Translations under genes and position numbers: made by a program
From: an uncultured Candidatus Rokubacteria bacterium
GTDB taxonomy: Bacteria > Methylomirabilota > Methylomirabilia > Rokubacteriales > DASRDR01
Direction of reading: 5' to 3'
Assembly (NCBI GenBank): GCA_963805625.1
Contig: CAWDVE010000010.1
Location: 1,408,001-1,472,000, forward strand
DNA length: 64,000 nucleotides
In this document: piece after piece, positions 21,174 to 31,960 of the stretch
Layout of the letters: each line of letters starts with the position of its first letter
How positions within the stretch are numbered: position 1 is the stretch's first letter
Notes under the pieces: model-generated
What the model saw: the letters and a program-made list of their open reading frames with translations, nothing else
What the model was told of the DNA's origin: nothing
The model's database searches: none

Positions 21174-21950
21174 TTACAGGCCCCCGAACCGGCGAGAACG
21201 GCGCTGGTACTCGGCGACCGCGCCGTAGAGGTCCCGGGGGGAGAAGTCGGGCCAGAGGGTTGGCAGGACCAGAAGCTCCGTGTACGCAACCTGCCAGAGC
21301 AGGAAGTTCGACAGCCGGTACTCGCCGCTCGTCCGGATCAGGAGGTCGGGATCGGGCACGCCGGCGGTGTCGAGCGCCGCGGTCACGCTCGCCTCGTCGA
21401 TCGCCGCGGGGGCGAGCGCGCCCCGCGCGACGTCGTCCGCCAGGGCCCGCAACGCCCGCACCAGCTCGCGGCGGCCTCCGTAGTTGAGCGCGATCAGGAG
21501 CGTGAGCCCCGTGTTGCCCTCGGTCGCGCGGACGGCGCGCTCAACGCTCCGCCGCACGCCCTGGTCGAGGGAGGCGAGCTCTCCGATGGTGCGAAGCCGG
21601 ACGTTGTTCTCGACGAGGCCTGGAAGCTCCTCGTCCACGGAGCTCTCGAGGAGCCGCATCAGAAAGCTCACCTCGGCCGGCGGCCGGGTCCAGTTCTCGG
21701 AAGAGAACGCGTAGAGCGTGAGGTATCCGATGCCGAGGCGACCCACCGTGCGTACAGTCTCTCGAGCCGCGCGGACACCTTCCCGGTGCCCCGCCACGCG
21801 CGGAAGGCCGCGGAGTCCGGCCCACCGCCCGTTCCCATCCATGATCACGGCCACGTGCTGCGGCAGGGGCTGCTGGCGGATGGTCTCGAGCAGAGCCGCC
21901 TCGTCGTCCGCCACGGCGTCGGCGGCAGGACCGGTCGAGTCGGCGGTCAA
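21174..21950 (-). CDS. uppS: Undecaprenyl diphosphate synthase
   Basis: IMDGNGRWA, YAFSSENW, IRTSGEYRLSNFLLWQ. Confidence 0.96.
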   Translation of the reverse strand: MTADSTGPAADAVADDEAALLETIRQQPLPQHVAVIMDGNGRWAGLRGLPRVAGHREGVRAARETVRTVGRLGIGYLTLYAFSSENWTRPPAEVSFLMRLLESSVDEELPGLVENNVRLRTIGELASLDQGVRRSVERAVRATEGNTGLTLLIALNYGGRRELVRALRALADDVARGALAPAAIDEASVTAALDTAGVPDPDLLIRTSGEYRLSNFLLWQVAYTELLVLPTLWPDFSPRDLYGAVAEYQRRSRRFGGL

Positions 21951-22510
21951 AACTCCAGGATCTCCTGCTCCTTCTTCTTCTGGAGCTCGTCGACCTTCTG
22001 GGTAGCCCGGTCGGTGAGCTTCTGGAGCTCCGCCTCGCTCCGTCGCTCGTCGTCCTCGGAGATCTTCTTGTCCTTGAGCAGGGCCCTGATCTTCTCCTTC
22101 GCCTCGCGCCGCACGTTCCGGATCGCCACGCGCGCTTCCTCGGCCAGCTTGCCCACCGACTTCGCCAGCTGTTTCCGGCGCTCCTCGTTGAGCGGCGGGA
22201 TCGTCAAGCGGATCATCTTGCCGTCGCTGGCCGGCGTGAGGCCGAGGTCGGACTTCTGGATCGCCCGCTCGATCTTCGTCAGCACGCTCTGGTCCCAGGG
22301 CTGGATCATGAGGGTCCGCGCGTCGGGCACCGAGATGCTGGCGACCTGGTTGAGCGGCGTCGGCGTGTCGTAGTAGTCGACGCGCACGTGCTCCAGCAGC
22401 GCGGCATTGGCGCGCCCGGTCCGCACGCCGGCGAACTCCCGGCCGAGCGCATCGAGGGCTCCCTGCATCCGGGTCTCGGCATCCTTCTGGACCGCTGGCG
22501 CCGTGCTCAT
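21947..22510 (-). CDS. frr: Ribosome recycling factor
   Basis: RTGRA, IQPWD, PPLNEERRK, RVAIRNVRR. Confidence 0.97.
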   Translation of the reverse strand: MSTAPAVQKDAETRMQGALDALGREFAGVRTGRANAALLEHVRVDYYDTPTPLNQVASISVPDARTLMIQPWDQSVLTKIERAIQKSDLGLTPASDGKMIRLTIPPLNEERRKQLAKSVGKLAEEARVAIRNVRREAKEKIRALLKDKKISEDDERRSEAELQKLTDRATQKVDELQKKKEQEILEF

Positions 22511-22514
22511 GGCC

Positions 22515-23258
22515 TCACCTCGGTGACGGGGCGCTGTCGCTGACGTAGGACCCGACACTGGGGTCCCCGCAGACGACCCGCAGGAGGTTTCCCCGAGTGT
22601 TCAGGTTGAAGACGCCGATCGGCAGCTTGTTCTCCATGCACAGGGTAATGGCCGTCGTGTCCATGACCCGGAGACCCCTGTTCAGCGCGTCGATGTAGGT
22701 AATGTGAGGAAGCCGCACCGCCTTCGGGTCGAGCACCGGATCGGCGGTGTAGATTCCGTCCACCTTCGTCGCCTTGAAGATGATCTCAGCGCCGACCTCC
22801 ACGGCCCGGAGCGCGGCGGCCGTGTCCGTCGTGAAGAAGGGGTTACCGGTCCCCGCGGCGAAGATGACGATCCGACCCTTCTCGAGGTGCCGGATCGCGC
22901 GCCGGCGGATGTAGGGCTCGGCGACTGCCGGCATGTCGATCGCCGACTGACACCGGGTCATCAGCCCGGCCCGCTCGAGCGTCCCCTGGAGCGCGAGCCC
23001 GTTGATCACGGTCGCCAGCATGCCCATGTAGTCGGCGGAGGCCCGATCCATGCCGTTCGCCGAGGCATGGAGGCCCCGGAAGATGTTTCCCCCGCCGATC
23101 ACGATGGCGGTCTCGACCTCGAGGTCGTGGATGGTCCGGATCTCCTGAGCGAGCCGCTCCAGGACTGCGGGGTCGATACCGTAGCCCTGCTCGCCGGCCA
23201 GAGCCTCGCCGGAGAGCTTCAGGAGGATGCGCTTGTAGCGGGGCTTTGCCTCACTCAC
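22515..23258 (-). CDS. pyrH: UMP kinase
   Basis: [25 protein letters not shown]. Confidence 0.97.
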   Translation of the reverse strand: MSEAKPRYKRILLKLSGEALAGEQGYGIDPAVLERLAQEIRTIHDLEVETAIVIGGGNIFRGLHASANGMDRASADYMGMLATVINGLALQGTLERAGLMTRCQSAIDMPAVAEPYIRRRAIRHLEKGRIVIFAAGTGNPFFTTDTAAALRAVEVGAEIIFKATKVDGIYTADPVLDPKAVRLPHITYIDALNRGLRVMDTTAITLCMENKLPIGVFNLNTRGNLLRVVCGDPSVGSYVSDSAPSPR

Positions 23259-23850
23259 CGACCTGGAACCGCACGAAGCGCCGCACCGCGATCTTCTCGC
23301 CGGTCTGGGCGCTCACCTGGGCGATGAGGTCGCCGACGCGAAGCTTGCCGCTCGCGTCGCGGATGTAGGGCTGGTCCACGAGGCACGAGTCCTCGTAGAA
23401 CTTGGCGAGCTTGCCCTCGATGATCTTCTCGAGGACCTGCGGCGGCTTCTTCTGGTCGGCCATCTGCTGCCGGTAGATCTCCCGCTCGCGCTCGATGATT
23501 TCCGCCGGCACCTCGTCCCGCAACACCCACTGGGGGTTGGCGGCCGCGACCTGCATCGCCAGGCCCTTGACTAGGTCCTGGAACTGCTCGGTGCGGGCGA
23601 CGAAGTCCGTCTCGCAGTTCACCTCGATGAGGACGCCGAGCTTAGAGCCGGCGTGGATGTACGCGCTGACCACTCCGTCGCGGGCCTCCCGGTGGGCGCG
23701 CTTCGAGGCAGCCGCGAGCCCCTTCTTTCGAAGGAAATCGACCGCCTGCTCGAGGTCTTCTCCGGAGGCGGCGAGCGCCTCCCTGCAATCCATCACGCCG
23801 GCCCCCGTCTTGTCCCGGAGCTCGCGCACTTTCTCTGCCGTCGTGGCCAT
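23251..23850 (-). CDS. tsf: Elongation factor Ts (short form)
   Basis: [32 protein letters not shown]. Confidence 0.97.
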   Translation of the reverse strand: MATTAEKVRELRDKTGAGVMDCREALAASGEDLEQAVDFLRKKGLAAASKRAHREARDGVVSAYIHAGSKLGVLIEVNCETDFVARTEQFQDLVKGLAMQVAAANPQWVLRDEVPAEIIEREREIYRQQMADQKKPPQVLEKIIEGKLAKFYEDSCLVDQPYIRDASGKLRVGDLIAQVSAQTGEKIAVRRFVRFQVGE

Positions 23851-23976
23851 GGTCCCTCGGCTCCTTCTAGTAGCCCGTCCGGATGGTCCCGGCAGACACC
23901 TCGCGCGGGCTGCCGGAGTCCGTGCCGGCCAACCGGCACCCCGGCCCACCCGCGGAGCGGTCCGCCGTAGCGCCGC

Positions 23977-24777
23977 CTAGACGCCGCTGGTCTGCTGCGC
24001 CTCGACCGCCTCCGCGCCGTCCCCGGCGCCGAGCACGGCCGCCTCGGCCATCGTACCCGCGGCGTCGATCTCGGCCTCAGCGCTCACCTTGGCCGACACG
24101 CCGCGTCCCTCCACGATCGCGTCGGCGATCCGGGAGGTGATAAGCCGGATTGCGCGGATGGCGTCGTCGTTGCCCGGGATCGGGTAGTCGATCCCGCTCG
24201 GGTCGCAGTTCGTGTCCACGATCGCGATGATCGGAATCTGCAGCTTCTGCGCCTCGGCCACCGCGATCCGCTCCTTCCGCGGGTCGATGATGTAGACCGC
24301 CGAGGGCAGACCGTCCATCTGCTTGATCCCGAAGAGCGACTTCTCGAGCTTGCCGCGCTCGCGCTCGAGCCCGGCCGCCTCCTTCTTGGTGACGCGCTCG
24401 AACTCGCCGGTATCGCGCATGTCCTCGAGACGCTTCAGGTGGTTGATCGACTTCCGGATCGTGGTGAAGTTCGTGAGCGTGCCGCCCAGCCACCGCTGGT
24501 TCACGTAGAACATGCTGCAGCGGGCGGCCTCGTCGGCAATCGTCTCCTGCGCCTGCTTCTTCGTACCGACGAACAGGATCGTGCCCCCGTTGGCCGCGAG
24601 GTCCCGCGCGAACACCTGTGCGTCCCGGAACTTCTTGAGCGTCTTTTGCAGGTCGATGATGTAGATGCCGTTGCGCTCGCCGAAGATGTATTTCGCCATC
24701 TTCGGGTTCCAGCGCTTCGTCTGGTGGCCGAAGTGGACCCCGGCCTCGAGCAACTCCTTCATGGTGATCTGTGCCAT
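23977..24777 (-). CDS. rpsB: 30S ribosomal protein S2
   Basis: [26 protein letters not shown]. Confidence 0.98.
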   Translation of the reverse strand: MAQITMKELLEAGVHFGHQTKRWNPKMAKYIFGERNGIYIIDLQKTLKKFRDAQVFARDLAANGGTILFVGTKKQAQETIADEAARCSMFYVNQRWLGGTLTNFTTIRKSINHLKRLEDMRDTGEFERVTKKEAAGLERERGKLEKSLFGIKQMDGLPSAVYIIDPRKERIAVAEAQKLQIPIIAIVDTNCDPSGIDYPIPGNDDAIRAIRLITSRIADAIVEGRGVSAKVSAEAEIDAAGTMAEAAVLGAGDGAEAVEAQQTSGV

Positions 24778-24873
24778 CGCGGATGGTTCCTCCTGGTCGG
24801 TTCGCCTCAGCGCTCCCTGCGGCCCCCGGTTGCCCGGCGGACCACCACCGACCCTGGAGCGCGTGTGTGGTGG

Positions 24874-26091
24874 TTAGCTGGTGCCCGTATTTATCTTAAC
24901 GTAGTCGGTCGTCAGGTCGCAGGTCCAGATGTGATCCTGAGCGGAGCCGAGGCCGAGGTCGACCGTCACGGACACCTCGGGCTTGGCCAGCTCCGCCTTG
25001 ACCCGGTCCCAGCGGACACTCTCCCGGAGACGGCCGCCGGCCGCCACCTGCTCCTCGCCGTACCAGATCGCGACCCGGTCCTCCTGGACCGCCACGCCCG
25101 CGGCGCCCAGCGCCGACATCACCCGACCCCAGTTCGGGTCGCGACCGGCCATGGCCGTCTTGAACAGATTGGAGTTCGCGATGGACCGGGCCGCCTGCTC
25201 GGCGTCGCCGCGCGTCTTGGCCCCGCGCACGCGCACGTCGATCACCAGCGTCGCGCCCTCGCCGTCCTTCACCAGCATTACGGCCAGGCGCTGGGTGAGC
25301 GCGTCGAGCGCCTGCTGGAAGGGCCGAAGCCGGCGGTCGCCCCGGGCGAGCGCCCGGTTCTCGGCCAGGCCGTTGGCCAGGACGATCACGGTGTCGCTGG
25401 TGCTACGGTCCCCATCGACGCTGATGCGGTTGAACGATCCGGTCACCGCGCGACGGATGGCGCTCTGCAGCCCCTCGCGGTCCACCGCCAGGTCGGTCGC
25501 GACGAAGCAGAACATCGTCGCCATCATGGGATGGATCATCCCGGTCCCCTTGGCGATGCCGCCGATCGTCACCCGCCGGCCTCCGATCTCCACCCGAAGC
25601 GCCGCTTCCTTGGGGTGCATGTCGGTGGTCATGATCCCCTCGGCGGCGGCCCGGCTCCCCTCCGGCGAGAGGCCCTTCACGAGCTTCGGAAGCGCCGGAC
25701 GGATCTTCTCCATCGGAAGGTACCGCCCGATCACGCCGGTCGAGGCGACCAGCACCCGCTCGTCCGGGATGCGGAGGTGCTTGGCGACGATCTCGGTCAT
25801 CTCCCTGGCGTCGCGGATCCCCTGCTCGCCGGTGGCGACGTTCGAGCACCCGCTGGACGCGACGATCGCCTGGGCAACGCCGCTCCGGATCCGCTCGCGC
25901 GTCACCTTGACGGGCGCCCCGACGATCCGGTTCGTCGTGAAGACGCCGGCGGCCGTCGCCGGATTCGAGGAGTACACGAGCGCGAGGTCACGCGCCGGCG
26001 GCGGCTTGATGCCGGCGTGAAACCCGGCCGCGAGAATCCCCGGGACCGCGGTGATGCCACCATCGATCCACTCGTGGTCGACGCTGACCAT
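24874..26091 (-). CDS. argJ: Ornithine acetyltransferase ArgJ
   Basis: STGVIG, AKGTGMIHPMMATMF, VKDGEGAT, PNWGR, WTCDLT. Confidence 0.95.
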   Translation of the reverse strand: MVSVDHEWIDGGITAVPGILAAGFHAGIKPPPARDLALVYSSNPATAAGVFTTNRIVGAPVKVTRERIRSGVAQAIVASSGCSNVATGEQGIRDAREMTEIVAKHLRIPDERVLVASTGVIGRYLPMEKIRPALPKLVKGLSPEGSRAAAEGIMTTDMHPKEAALRVEIGGRRVTIGGIAKGTGMIHPMMATMFCFVATDLAVDREGLQSAIRRAVTGSFNRISVDGDRSTSDTVIVLANGLAENRALARGDRRLRPFQQALDALTQRLAVMLVKDGEGATLVIDVRVRGAKTRGDAEQAARSIANSNLFKTAMAGRDPNWGRVMSALGAAGVAVQEDRVAIWYGEEQVAAGGRLRESVRWDRVKAELAKPEVSVTVDLGLGSAQDHIWTCDLTTDYVKINTGTS

Positions 26092-26101
26092 TACCCTCTC
26101 C

Positions 26102-26135
26102 AAAAAAAATCGGGAAGGTCGCCAGGACCTTCCCG
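26102..26135 (-). terminator. Intrinsic terminator after rplM-rpsI
   Basis: 10-bp stem CGGGAAGGTC/GACCTTCCCG followed by a run of T on minus strand. Confidence 0.85.
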
Positions 26136-26158
26136 GTGTCGTCTCCCAGCGATCCGGA

Positions 26159-26554
26159 CTACCGTTTCGAGAACTGGAAGCGCTTGCGCGCGCCCGGCTG
26201 TCCGTACTTCTTCCGCTCCTTCATCCGCGGGTCGCGCGTGAGCATCCCCGCTCGCTTCAGCTGGAGCCTGAGCTCCGTGTTGAACTCGAGGAGCGCCCTC
26301 GCAATGCCGTGGCGCACTGCCCCCGCCTGACCCGACAGGCCGCCCCCGTTGACGTTCACCTTCGCGTCGAGCTGGGAGGTCGTCCCGGTGAGCTCGAGGG
26401 GCTGCGTCACGATGAGCCGAAGCGTCTCGCGTGGAAAGTAATCCTCGAACGGCCGCCGGTTGACCGTGATCCGTCCCTGTCCGGGCCGGAGGAACACGCG
26501 CGCGACGGAGGTCTTTCGCCGTCCCGTCCCGTAGAACTGCACTACCTCCGCCAT
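26159..26554 (-). CDS. rpsI: 30S ribosomal protein S9
   Basis: [23 protein letters not shown]...FQFSKR. Confidence 0.98.
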   Translation of the reverse strand: MAEVVQFYGTGRRKTSVARVFLRPGQGRITVNRRPFEDYFPRETLRLIVTQPLELTGTTSQLDAKVNVNGGGLSGQAGAVRHGIARALLEFNTELRLQLKRAGMLTRDPRMKERKKYGQPGARKRFQFSKR

Positions 26555-26997
26555 CACGACTCCTTCTTCCGTAAGGGCAGCGCCTGCGGCTGCTGCGCCT
26601 GATGCGGGTGCTCGGCGCCGCGATACACCTTGAGCTTCTTGGCCATCGCGCGCCCGAGCTTGGTCTTCGGCAGCATGCCCTGGACCGCCCACTCGACGGC
26701 GCGCTCAGGATGCAAGCGGAGCATCGTGTCGGCCCGGGTCTCGGTGAGCCCGCCGATGTAGCCGGAGTGGGTGCGGTAGAGCTTGCCCATGAGCTTACGC
26801 CCCGTCAGCTCGACCTTCGCGGCGTTGATCACCACGACGTGGTCGCCGGCATCGACGTGCGGCGCCCAGATCGGCTTGTGCTTCCCCATCAGGAGAGTAG
26901 CGATCCGCGCAGAGAGCCGGCCGAGGACCTGACCCTCGGCATCGATCAGATGCCAGCTCCGCACGACCGCGTCCTTCTTCGGCATGACCGTCGGCAT
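26554..26997 (-). CDS. rplM: 50S ribosomal protein L13
   Basis: [32 protein letters not shown]. Confidence 0.98.
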   Translation of the reverse strand: MPTVMPKKDAVVRSWHLIDAEGQVLGRLSARIATLLMGKHKPIWAPHVDAGDHVVVINAAKVELTGRKLMGKLYRTHSGYIGGLTETRADTMLRLHPERAVEWAVQGMLPKTKLGRAMAKKLKVYRGAEHPHQAQQPQALPLRKKES

Positions 26998-27084
26998 ACG
27001 ACATCCGTCCCCACGCGCTCGAGAAAGATGATGAGCGAACGGCCACTACGTGGCGGACCGCTCGGACACAAATCGCAAGGAATA

Positions 27085-27113
27085 ACCTTATCGGAGGCGC
27101 CACGGGGTGTCAA
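27085..27113 (-). promoter_or_regulatory. Putative sigma70 promoter of rplM-rpsI
   Basis: TTGACA-N17-TAAGGT on minus strand. Confidence 0.75.
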
Positions 27114-27162
27114 CCCCCGATACACCTCACGACGGATTCCGGGGGGCGCCGGCGCGGCCGGA

Positions 27163-27864
27163 CTAGGCGCGGCGCCGCCCGCGCGCCGCCGGGGCAGGAC
27201 GCGGCGCTCCCCGGCCGCCGGTCTTCCCCGGCCAGGGGCAGAGCGCCCGTACCGGACAGGTGGGACACACTGGGGTCCGCGCGTGACACACCTGACGGCC
27301 GTGGGCCTGGATGAGGTGGCAGAAGCGGGTCCACCGGGGGCGCGGCACCACCTCCGCCAGCTGGGCCTCCACGTCGTCGGGGTCGTCGGCCTTCGCGAGG
27401 CCGAGCCGCTGGGTCACCCGGAAGACGTGGGTGTCCACCGCGATGCCCGGCACGCCATAGGCGTTCCCCAGCACGACGTTCGCGGTCTTCCGCCCGACGC
27501 CGGGCAGCGCTGTGAGGGTCTCGATCGTCCGCGGCACCTCTCCGCCGTGGCGTTCGACCAGCGCCCGCGCCATGCCGAGAACCGAGCGGGTCTTGGCCCG
27601 GAAGAAGCCAGTGGACCGGATCTCCCCCTCGAAGGTCGCGGGGTCCGCACGGACGTAGTCCTCCGCACGGCGGTACTTCTGGAACAAGGACGCGGTCACC
27701 TGGTTCACGCGATCGTCCGTGCACTGGGCGGCCAGGATTGTGGCAACGAGGAGCTCGAGCGGCGTCGTGAAGCGGAGCGCGATGGTCGTGTCCGGATAGG
27801 CGTGCTCGAGGTGCCGGATCAAGGATCGCGCCCGCGCACGACGGGACTCGAGGGACTCCCTCAC
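27163..27864 (-). CDS. nth: Endonuclease III
   Basis: HhH LPGVGRKTANVV, VDTHV, CxxxxxxCxxCxxxxxC Fe-S motif. Confidence 0.95.
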   Translation of the reverse strand: MRESLESRRARARSLIRHLEHAYPDTTIALRFTTPLELLVATILAAQCTDDRVNQVTASLFQKYRRAEDYVRADPATFEGEIRSTGFFRAKTRSVLGMARALVERHGGEVPRTIETLTALPGVGRKTANVVLGNAYGVPGIAVDTHVFRVTQRLGLAKADDPDDVEAQLAEVVPRPRWTRFCHLIQAHGRQVCHARTPVCPTCPVRALCPWPGKTGGRGAPRPAPAARGRRRA

Positions 27865-27883
27865 CGGGCGATCCTGGGGGCCG

Positions 27884-28609
27884 TCACGGCGTCCTGAGCA
27901 GCTGGTAGAAGTGGACGCCGACGACCGTGAGGTAGCTCACCGCGGCACCGTGGAGCACGAACGCGGCCAAGCCCCCGAGGAACGGTACGAGCGACAGGAT
28001 CCACGACGCGATGCCGACGCCGACGAGAACGAGCAGGGAGCCCACCACGAGGCCGACGACGGGCCCGACGTGCGCCCGGACCACCGCGAAGCTCCGTCGA
28101 ATCCCGTCGATGGCGCCCAGACCGTCGAGAAGCACCGCAGGCAGCGTGAACATCAGGAATACCGCGGCCACGAGACCCGGGATCACGAGGAAGAGAAACC
28201 CGACCGCCATGATCACCGTCACGAGGCCGGACGCGACCACGACCGCACCGAGCCGCCCGACGACGGCCGTGAAGGAATCCCCCAGGACCGGCTCGCGCCC
28301 GCCGAGCGCGTCGCGCGCCATGGTCACCACCATGCCCGAGCTGAGAAGCCACAGGACCCCCATCACGAGGCCGAACACGAGCATCCCGAGAACGAGCCCC
28401 GCAATCCCACCGGCCGCCGCCCCGTGGCCGCCCCCCATCGCGCCTCCCATCAGGGCGCCCATCACGGCTACGCCGCCGCCGATGAAGAACAGCAACAGGA
28501 AACCGAGGACGGCCACCACCAGCGGTGGCACGATCAGGACCGGAAACCGGACCACGGTCTGGTAGGCCAGCCGGAAGTGCCCGACGATGTCGTCCGCGCT
28601 GCTCGCCAT
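27884..28609 (-). CDS. Hypothetical multi-pass membrane protein
   Basis: ATG 28609 with GGAGG RBS; about 6 hydrophobic segments. Confidence 0.75.
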   Translation of the reverse strand: MASSADDIVGHFRLAYQTVVRFPVLIVPPLVVAVLGFLLLFFIGGGVAVMGALMGGAMGGGHGAAAGGIAGLVLGMLVFGLVMGVLWLLSSGMVVTMARDALGGREPVLGDSFTAVVGRLGAVVVASGLVTVIMAVGFLFLVIPGLVAAVFLMFTLPAVLLDGLGAIDGIRRSFAVVRAHVGPVVGLVVGSLLVLVGVGIASWILSLVPFLGGLAAFVLHGAAVSYLTVVGVHFYQLLRTP

Positions 28610-28691
28610 GGTCGCCTCCGTTGTCGCGCGCGGCGGGGGGTGAACCCCTCCGGCTCTCTCGACCGAGCCTAGAGGTGCCGGGTGCCCCGCG

Positions 28692-29354
28692 TCAAACGGC
28701 ACCCTTGGCGGAACTCTTCGTCGGGGACGCGGTGGCCGACCGTTGCGTGATCGCGCACCACACCACCCAGAGGAGGAACAACGGCGCGCCAAAGGCCGCC
28801 GCGAGCAGGAACGGCCCGAGGAGGCCCAGCCAGGCGACGGGACCAACGAGGTAGAGGGCGTCCTCCGGCTCGAATCCCCGCCAGCTCCCCTGCGCGACCA
28901 TGGCTCGTCCTGCCGTCTCCTCCAGGAAGACGCGGATCAGGAAGATGGCCGCGATCGATCCCGCAGCAATCGTGCCCGCGACCGCTGCCCACGCGCCGAG
29001 CCACCCCGATCGGAGACCGATCGCCAGCCCCGCGAACAGGCTCACGTATCCCAGGCCGGCCGCCACGTGGTCGTAGTAGTGGCCGAAGCGGCTGGTCAGT
29101 CCGGTCAGACGGGCAAACTCGCCGTCCATGTGGTCGACGAGCACCGCCAGCATGAAAAGGCCGCCCCCCAGGGCGGCCCGGCGCGCGTCGCCCGAGGCCA
29201 TCAGCCAGGCCGCCGCCAGGGAGGCGAGAAGCCCGAGGGTCGTGAGCCAGTTGGGGGTGAGCGGCGTGTGACGGAGTGGCCGAACGAGCGCGCGCGCGAG
29301 ACGGACGTCCCAGGGACCCGCGGCGGCCTTTCCTCGAGCCTCAGGCGCGGACAT
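28692..29354 (-). CDS. CDP-alcohol phosphatidyltransferase family protein
   Basis: TPNWLT, DHMDGEFARLTGLTSRFGHYYD (DxxDGxxAR...G...D motif). Confidence 0.85.
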   Translation of the reverse strand: MSAPEARGKAAAGPWDVRLARALVRPLRHTPLTPNWLTTLGLLASLAAAWLMASGDARRAALGGGLFMLAVLVDHMDGEFARLTGLTSRFGHYYDHVAAGLGYVSLFAGLAIGLRSGWLGAWAAVAGTIAAGSIAAIFLIRVFLEETAGRAMVAQGSWRGFEPEDALYLVGPVAWLGLLGPFLLAAAFGAPLFLLWVVWCAITQRSATASPTKSSAKGAV

Positions 29355-30528
29355 CGCGGTCGCGCAGGAACTCACCCAGCCGCAGGAGGGCCTCATGGAT
29401 CCGTGGAAGGCTGTTGGCGTACGAGAAACGCAGGTATCCTTCGCCCCCCGTCCCGAAGTCGATGCCTGGCGTCACGGCCACGCGAGCTCCGGCCAGGATC
29501 TCGAAGGCAAAGTCGTACGACCGCTCGCAGAAGCGCCGGGCGTCGGCAAAGACGTAAAAGGCCCCGGTGGGCTCGGCCTGGACCCCGAGCCCGATCGCGC
29601 GAAGCCCCTGCACCATGGCGCGCCGCCGCTCGTCGAAGATCGCCCGGAACCGGCGCACGTCACCCGCAGCCTCGCGGAGCGCCGCCACGCCGGCCCACTG
29701 CACGAACTCGTTCGAGGAGATGAAGAAGTTCTGGTGGAGCCGCTGGAGCGTGCGGATGTACGGCTTGGGCGCGATGAGATAGCCGAGGCGCCAGCCGGTC
29801 ATTGCGTACGCCTTGGAGAAGCCGTTGAACACGAAGGCGCGATCCGTGAACTCGAGGACGGTGTGGTCGGGCCCTTCGTAGCTGAGGCCGTGGTAGATCT
29901 CGTCCGACACCAGCCAGGGGCCGTGCCGCTCCGCCAGCTCGGCGAGCGCGGCCAGCCGGTCGGCGGACATCACCACGCCGGTCGGATTCGCCGGCGAGTT
30001 CACCATGATGGCTCGCGTGCGTGGGCTCAGTCGCTCGCGAACCGCTTCGGCCCGGAGGCTCCATCCGTCGGCCTCGGGCGTGGGGACGTAGACCGGCACG
30101 GCGTCGGCGTAGCGCACGAAGTTCGGGTAGCACGCATAGTGTGGATTCGACAGGACGACCTCGTCCCCCGCGGACAGGAGCCCCGTGAAGAGGAGCAGCA
30201 TCGCCGGCGACGTCCCCGCCGTCACCAGCACCTGGTCCGGTGACACGGCGACCCGGTACGTCTGCTGGTAGTGCTCGGCGATCGCCTCCCGGAGCGGCAA
30301 GAGGCCCAGGCTGTGGGCGTACTTCGTCCGGCCCTCGCGAATCGCGCGCACGGCGGCCTCGCGAACCACTTCCGGCGTCTCGAAATCGGGCTCCCCGAAC
30401 TCGAGGTGCACCACCTCGTGCCCCTGGCGCTCGAGCTCCTGCGCGCGCTCGAAGACCTCGACCGCCAAGAACGGAGTGATCTCCTCGGTCCGCTTGGCCA
30501 GCTCCGCGAAGGCGTGAGACATGGGCAC
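29341..30528 (-). CDS. PLP-dependent class I/II aminotransferase
   Basis: GEPDF, NSPANPTG, SDEIY, GFSKAYAMTGWRLG. Confidence 0.93.
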   Translation of the reverse strand: MPMSHAFAELAKRTEEITPFLAVEVFERAQELERQGHEVVHLEFGEPDFETPEVVREAAVRAIREGRTKYAHSLGLLPLREAIAEHYQQTYRVAVSPDQVLVTAGTSPAMLLLFTGLLSAGDEVVLSNPHYACYPNFVRYADAVPVYVPTPEADGWSLRAEAVRERLSPRTRAIMVNSPANPTGVVMSADRLAALAELAERHGPWLVSDEIYHGLSYEGPDHTVLEFTDRAFVFNGFSKAYAMTGWRLGYLIAPKPYIRTLQRLHQNFFISSNEFVQWAGVAALREAAGDVRRFRAIFDERRRAMVQGLRAIGLGVQAEPTGAFYVFADARRFCERSYDFAFEILAGARVAVTPGIDFGTGGEGYLRFSYANSLPRIHEALLRLGEFLRDRDVRA

Positions 30529-31953
30529 TCAGTGCGCTGGCCGGCGGCGGCGGCGCGCGAGGCCCCCTCGCTGGGCGGCGCGCACGACTTCCCGGGCGAC
30601 GGCCGGGGCGACCTTCTTGTTGAACACGCTCGGGATAATGTACTCCTCGTGGAGCTCCTTCCGGCTCACCACGGAGGCGATGGCCTTGGCCGCGGCGATC
30701 TTCATCTCGTCGGTGACCCGCATGGCTCGGCAGTCGAGTAGGCCCCGGAAGAATCCGGGGAAGCAAAGCACGTTATTGATTTGATTCGGATAGTCCGACC
30801 GGCCTGTCGCCATGACTCGGACGAGGGACTCCACCTCCTCCGGCATGATCTCCGGCACCGGATTGGCCATGGCGAAGACGATGGGGTCCCTCGCCATGGT
30901 CTTGACGTCCTGGGCCCGGAGCACCCCCGGCACGGAAAGGCCGATGAAGACGTCGGCTCCCTGGACGGCGACGCCCAGGCTGCCCCGTCGGTCCTCCGGG
31001 TTCGTCTCCTGCGCCACCCGCCTCTTCATGTCGTCCATCGGCGCCGGCCGCCCCGGCGCCAGGATGCCGTGCTCGTCGACCCCGAGGATCCGGCGCACGC
31101 CGATGGACCGCAGGATGCGAATCGTGGCCGTGCCCGCAGCCCCCACCCCGCACACGACGACCGAGATGTCCGCCAGCTCCTTGCCGACGATCCGGAGGGC
31201 GTTCAGAAGCGCCGCCAGCACGACGACCGCGGTTCCGTGCTGGTCGTCGTGGAAGACTGGGATGTCCAGCTCGTGCTGCAGGCGCTCCTCGATCGCGAAG
31301 CAGCGCGGCGCCGAGATGTCCTCCAGGTTGATCCCGCCGTAGACCGGTGCGATGTGCTTGACCGTCCGTACGATCTCGTCCACGTCCTTCGTGGCCAGGC
31401 ACACCGGGAAAGCGTCGACGTCAGCGAGTTCCTTGAACAGGAGGGACTTCCCCTCCATCACCGGCAGCGCCGCCTGGGGACCGATGTCCCCGAGACCGAG
31501 CACAGCCGTCCCGTCGGTCACGATGGCCACGGTGTTCTGCTTGATGGTCAGGGCGAAAGCGCGCTCCGGGTCTTCCCGGATGGCGAGGCAGACGCGGGCG
31601 ACGCCCGGCGTGTAGGCCATGGACAGGTCGTCTCGAGTCTTCAGGGGCACCTTGTTGCGGATCTCGATCTTCCCACCGAGATGGACGAGGAACGTCCGGT
31701 CGGACACGCTGACGATCCGGATGCCGTCGACGCAACGGATGGCGGCGACGATCGCCTGGCCGTGCTGTTCGTCACGCGCGTTGATCGTGAAGTCGCGGAC
31801 GATGATGTCCCTGACCAGCTCGACGAGGTCGACGGCCCGGATGTCGCCGCCGGCCTCGCCGATGGCGGACGTGAGGCGACCGAGCATGCCGGGTCGGTTC
31901 TTGATCGCCGCCCGGATGGTGAGACTGTACGAGGCGCTCGGGGTGAGGGCCAC
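30529..31953 (-). CDS. NAD(P)-dependent malic enzyme with N-terminal ACT domain
   Basis: AYTPGVA, PVMEGK, INLEDI, FHDDQHGTA, GRSDYPNQINN; NRPGMLG ACT start. Confidence 0.92.
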   Translation of the reverse strand: MALTPSASYSLTIRAAIKNRPGMLGRLTSAIGEAGGDIRAVDLVELVRDIIVRDFTINARDEQHGQAIVAAIRCVDGIRIVSVSDRTFLVHLGGKIEIRNKVPLKTRDDLSMAYTPGVARVCLAIREDPERAFALTIKQNTVAIVTDGTAVLGLGDIGPQAALPVMEGKSLLFKELADVDAFPVCLATKDVDEIVRTVKHIAPVYGGINLEDISAPRCFAIEERLQHELDIPVFHDDQHGTAVVVLAALLNALRIVGKELADISVVVCGVGAAGTATIRILRSIGVRRILGVDEHGILAPGRPAPMDDMKRRVAQETNPEDRRGSLGVAVQGADVFIGLSVPGVLRAQDVKTMARDPIVFAMANPVPEIMPEEVESLVRVMATGRSDYPNQINNVLCFPGFFRGLLDCRAMRVTDEMKIAAAKAIASVVSRKELHEEYIIPSVFNKKVAPAVAREVVRAAQRGGLARRRRRPAH

Positions 31954-31960
31954 GGGGATC

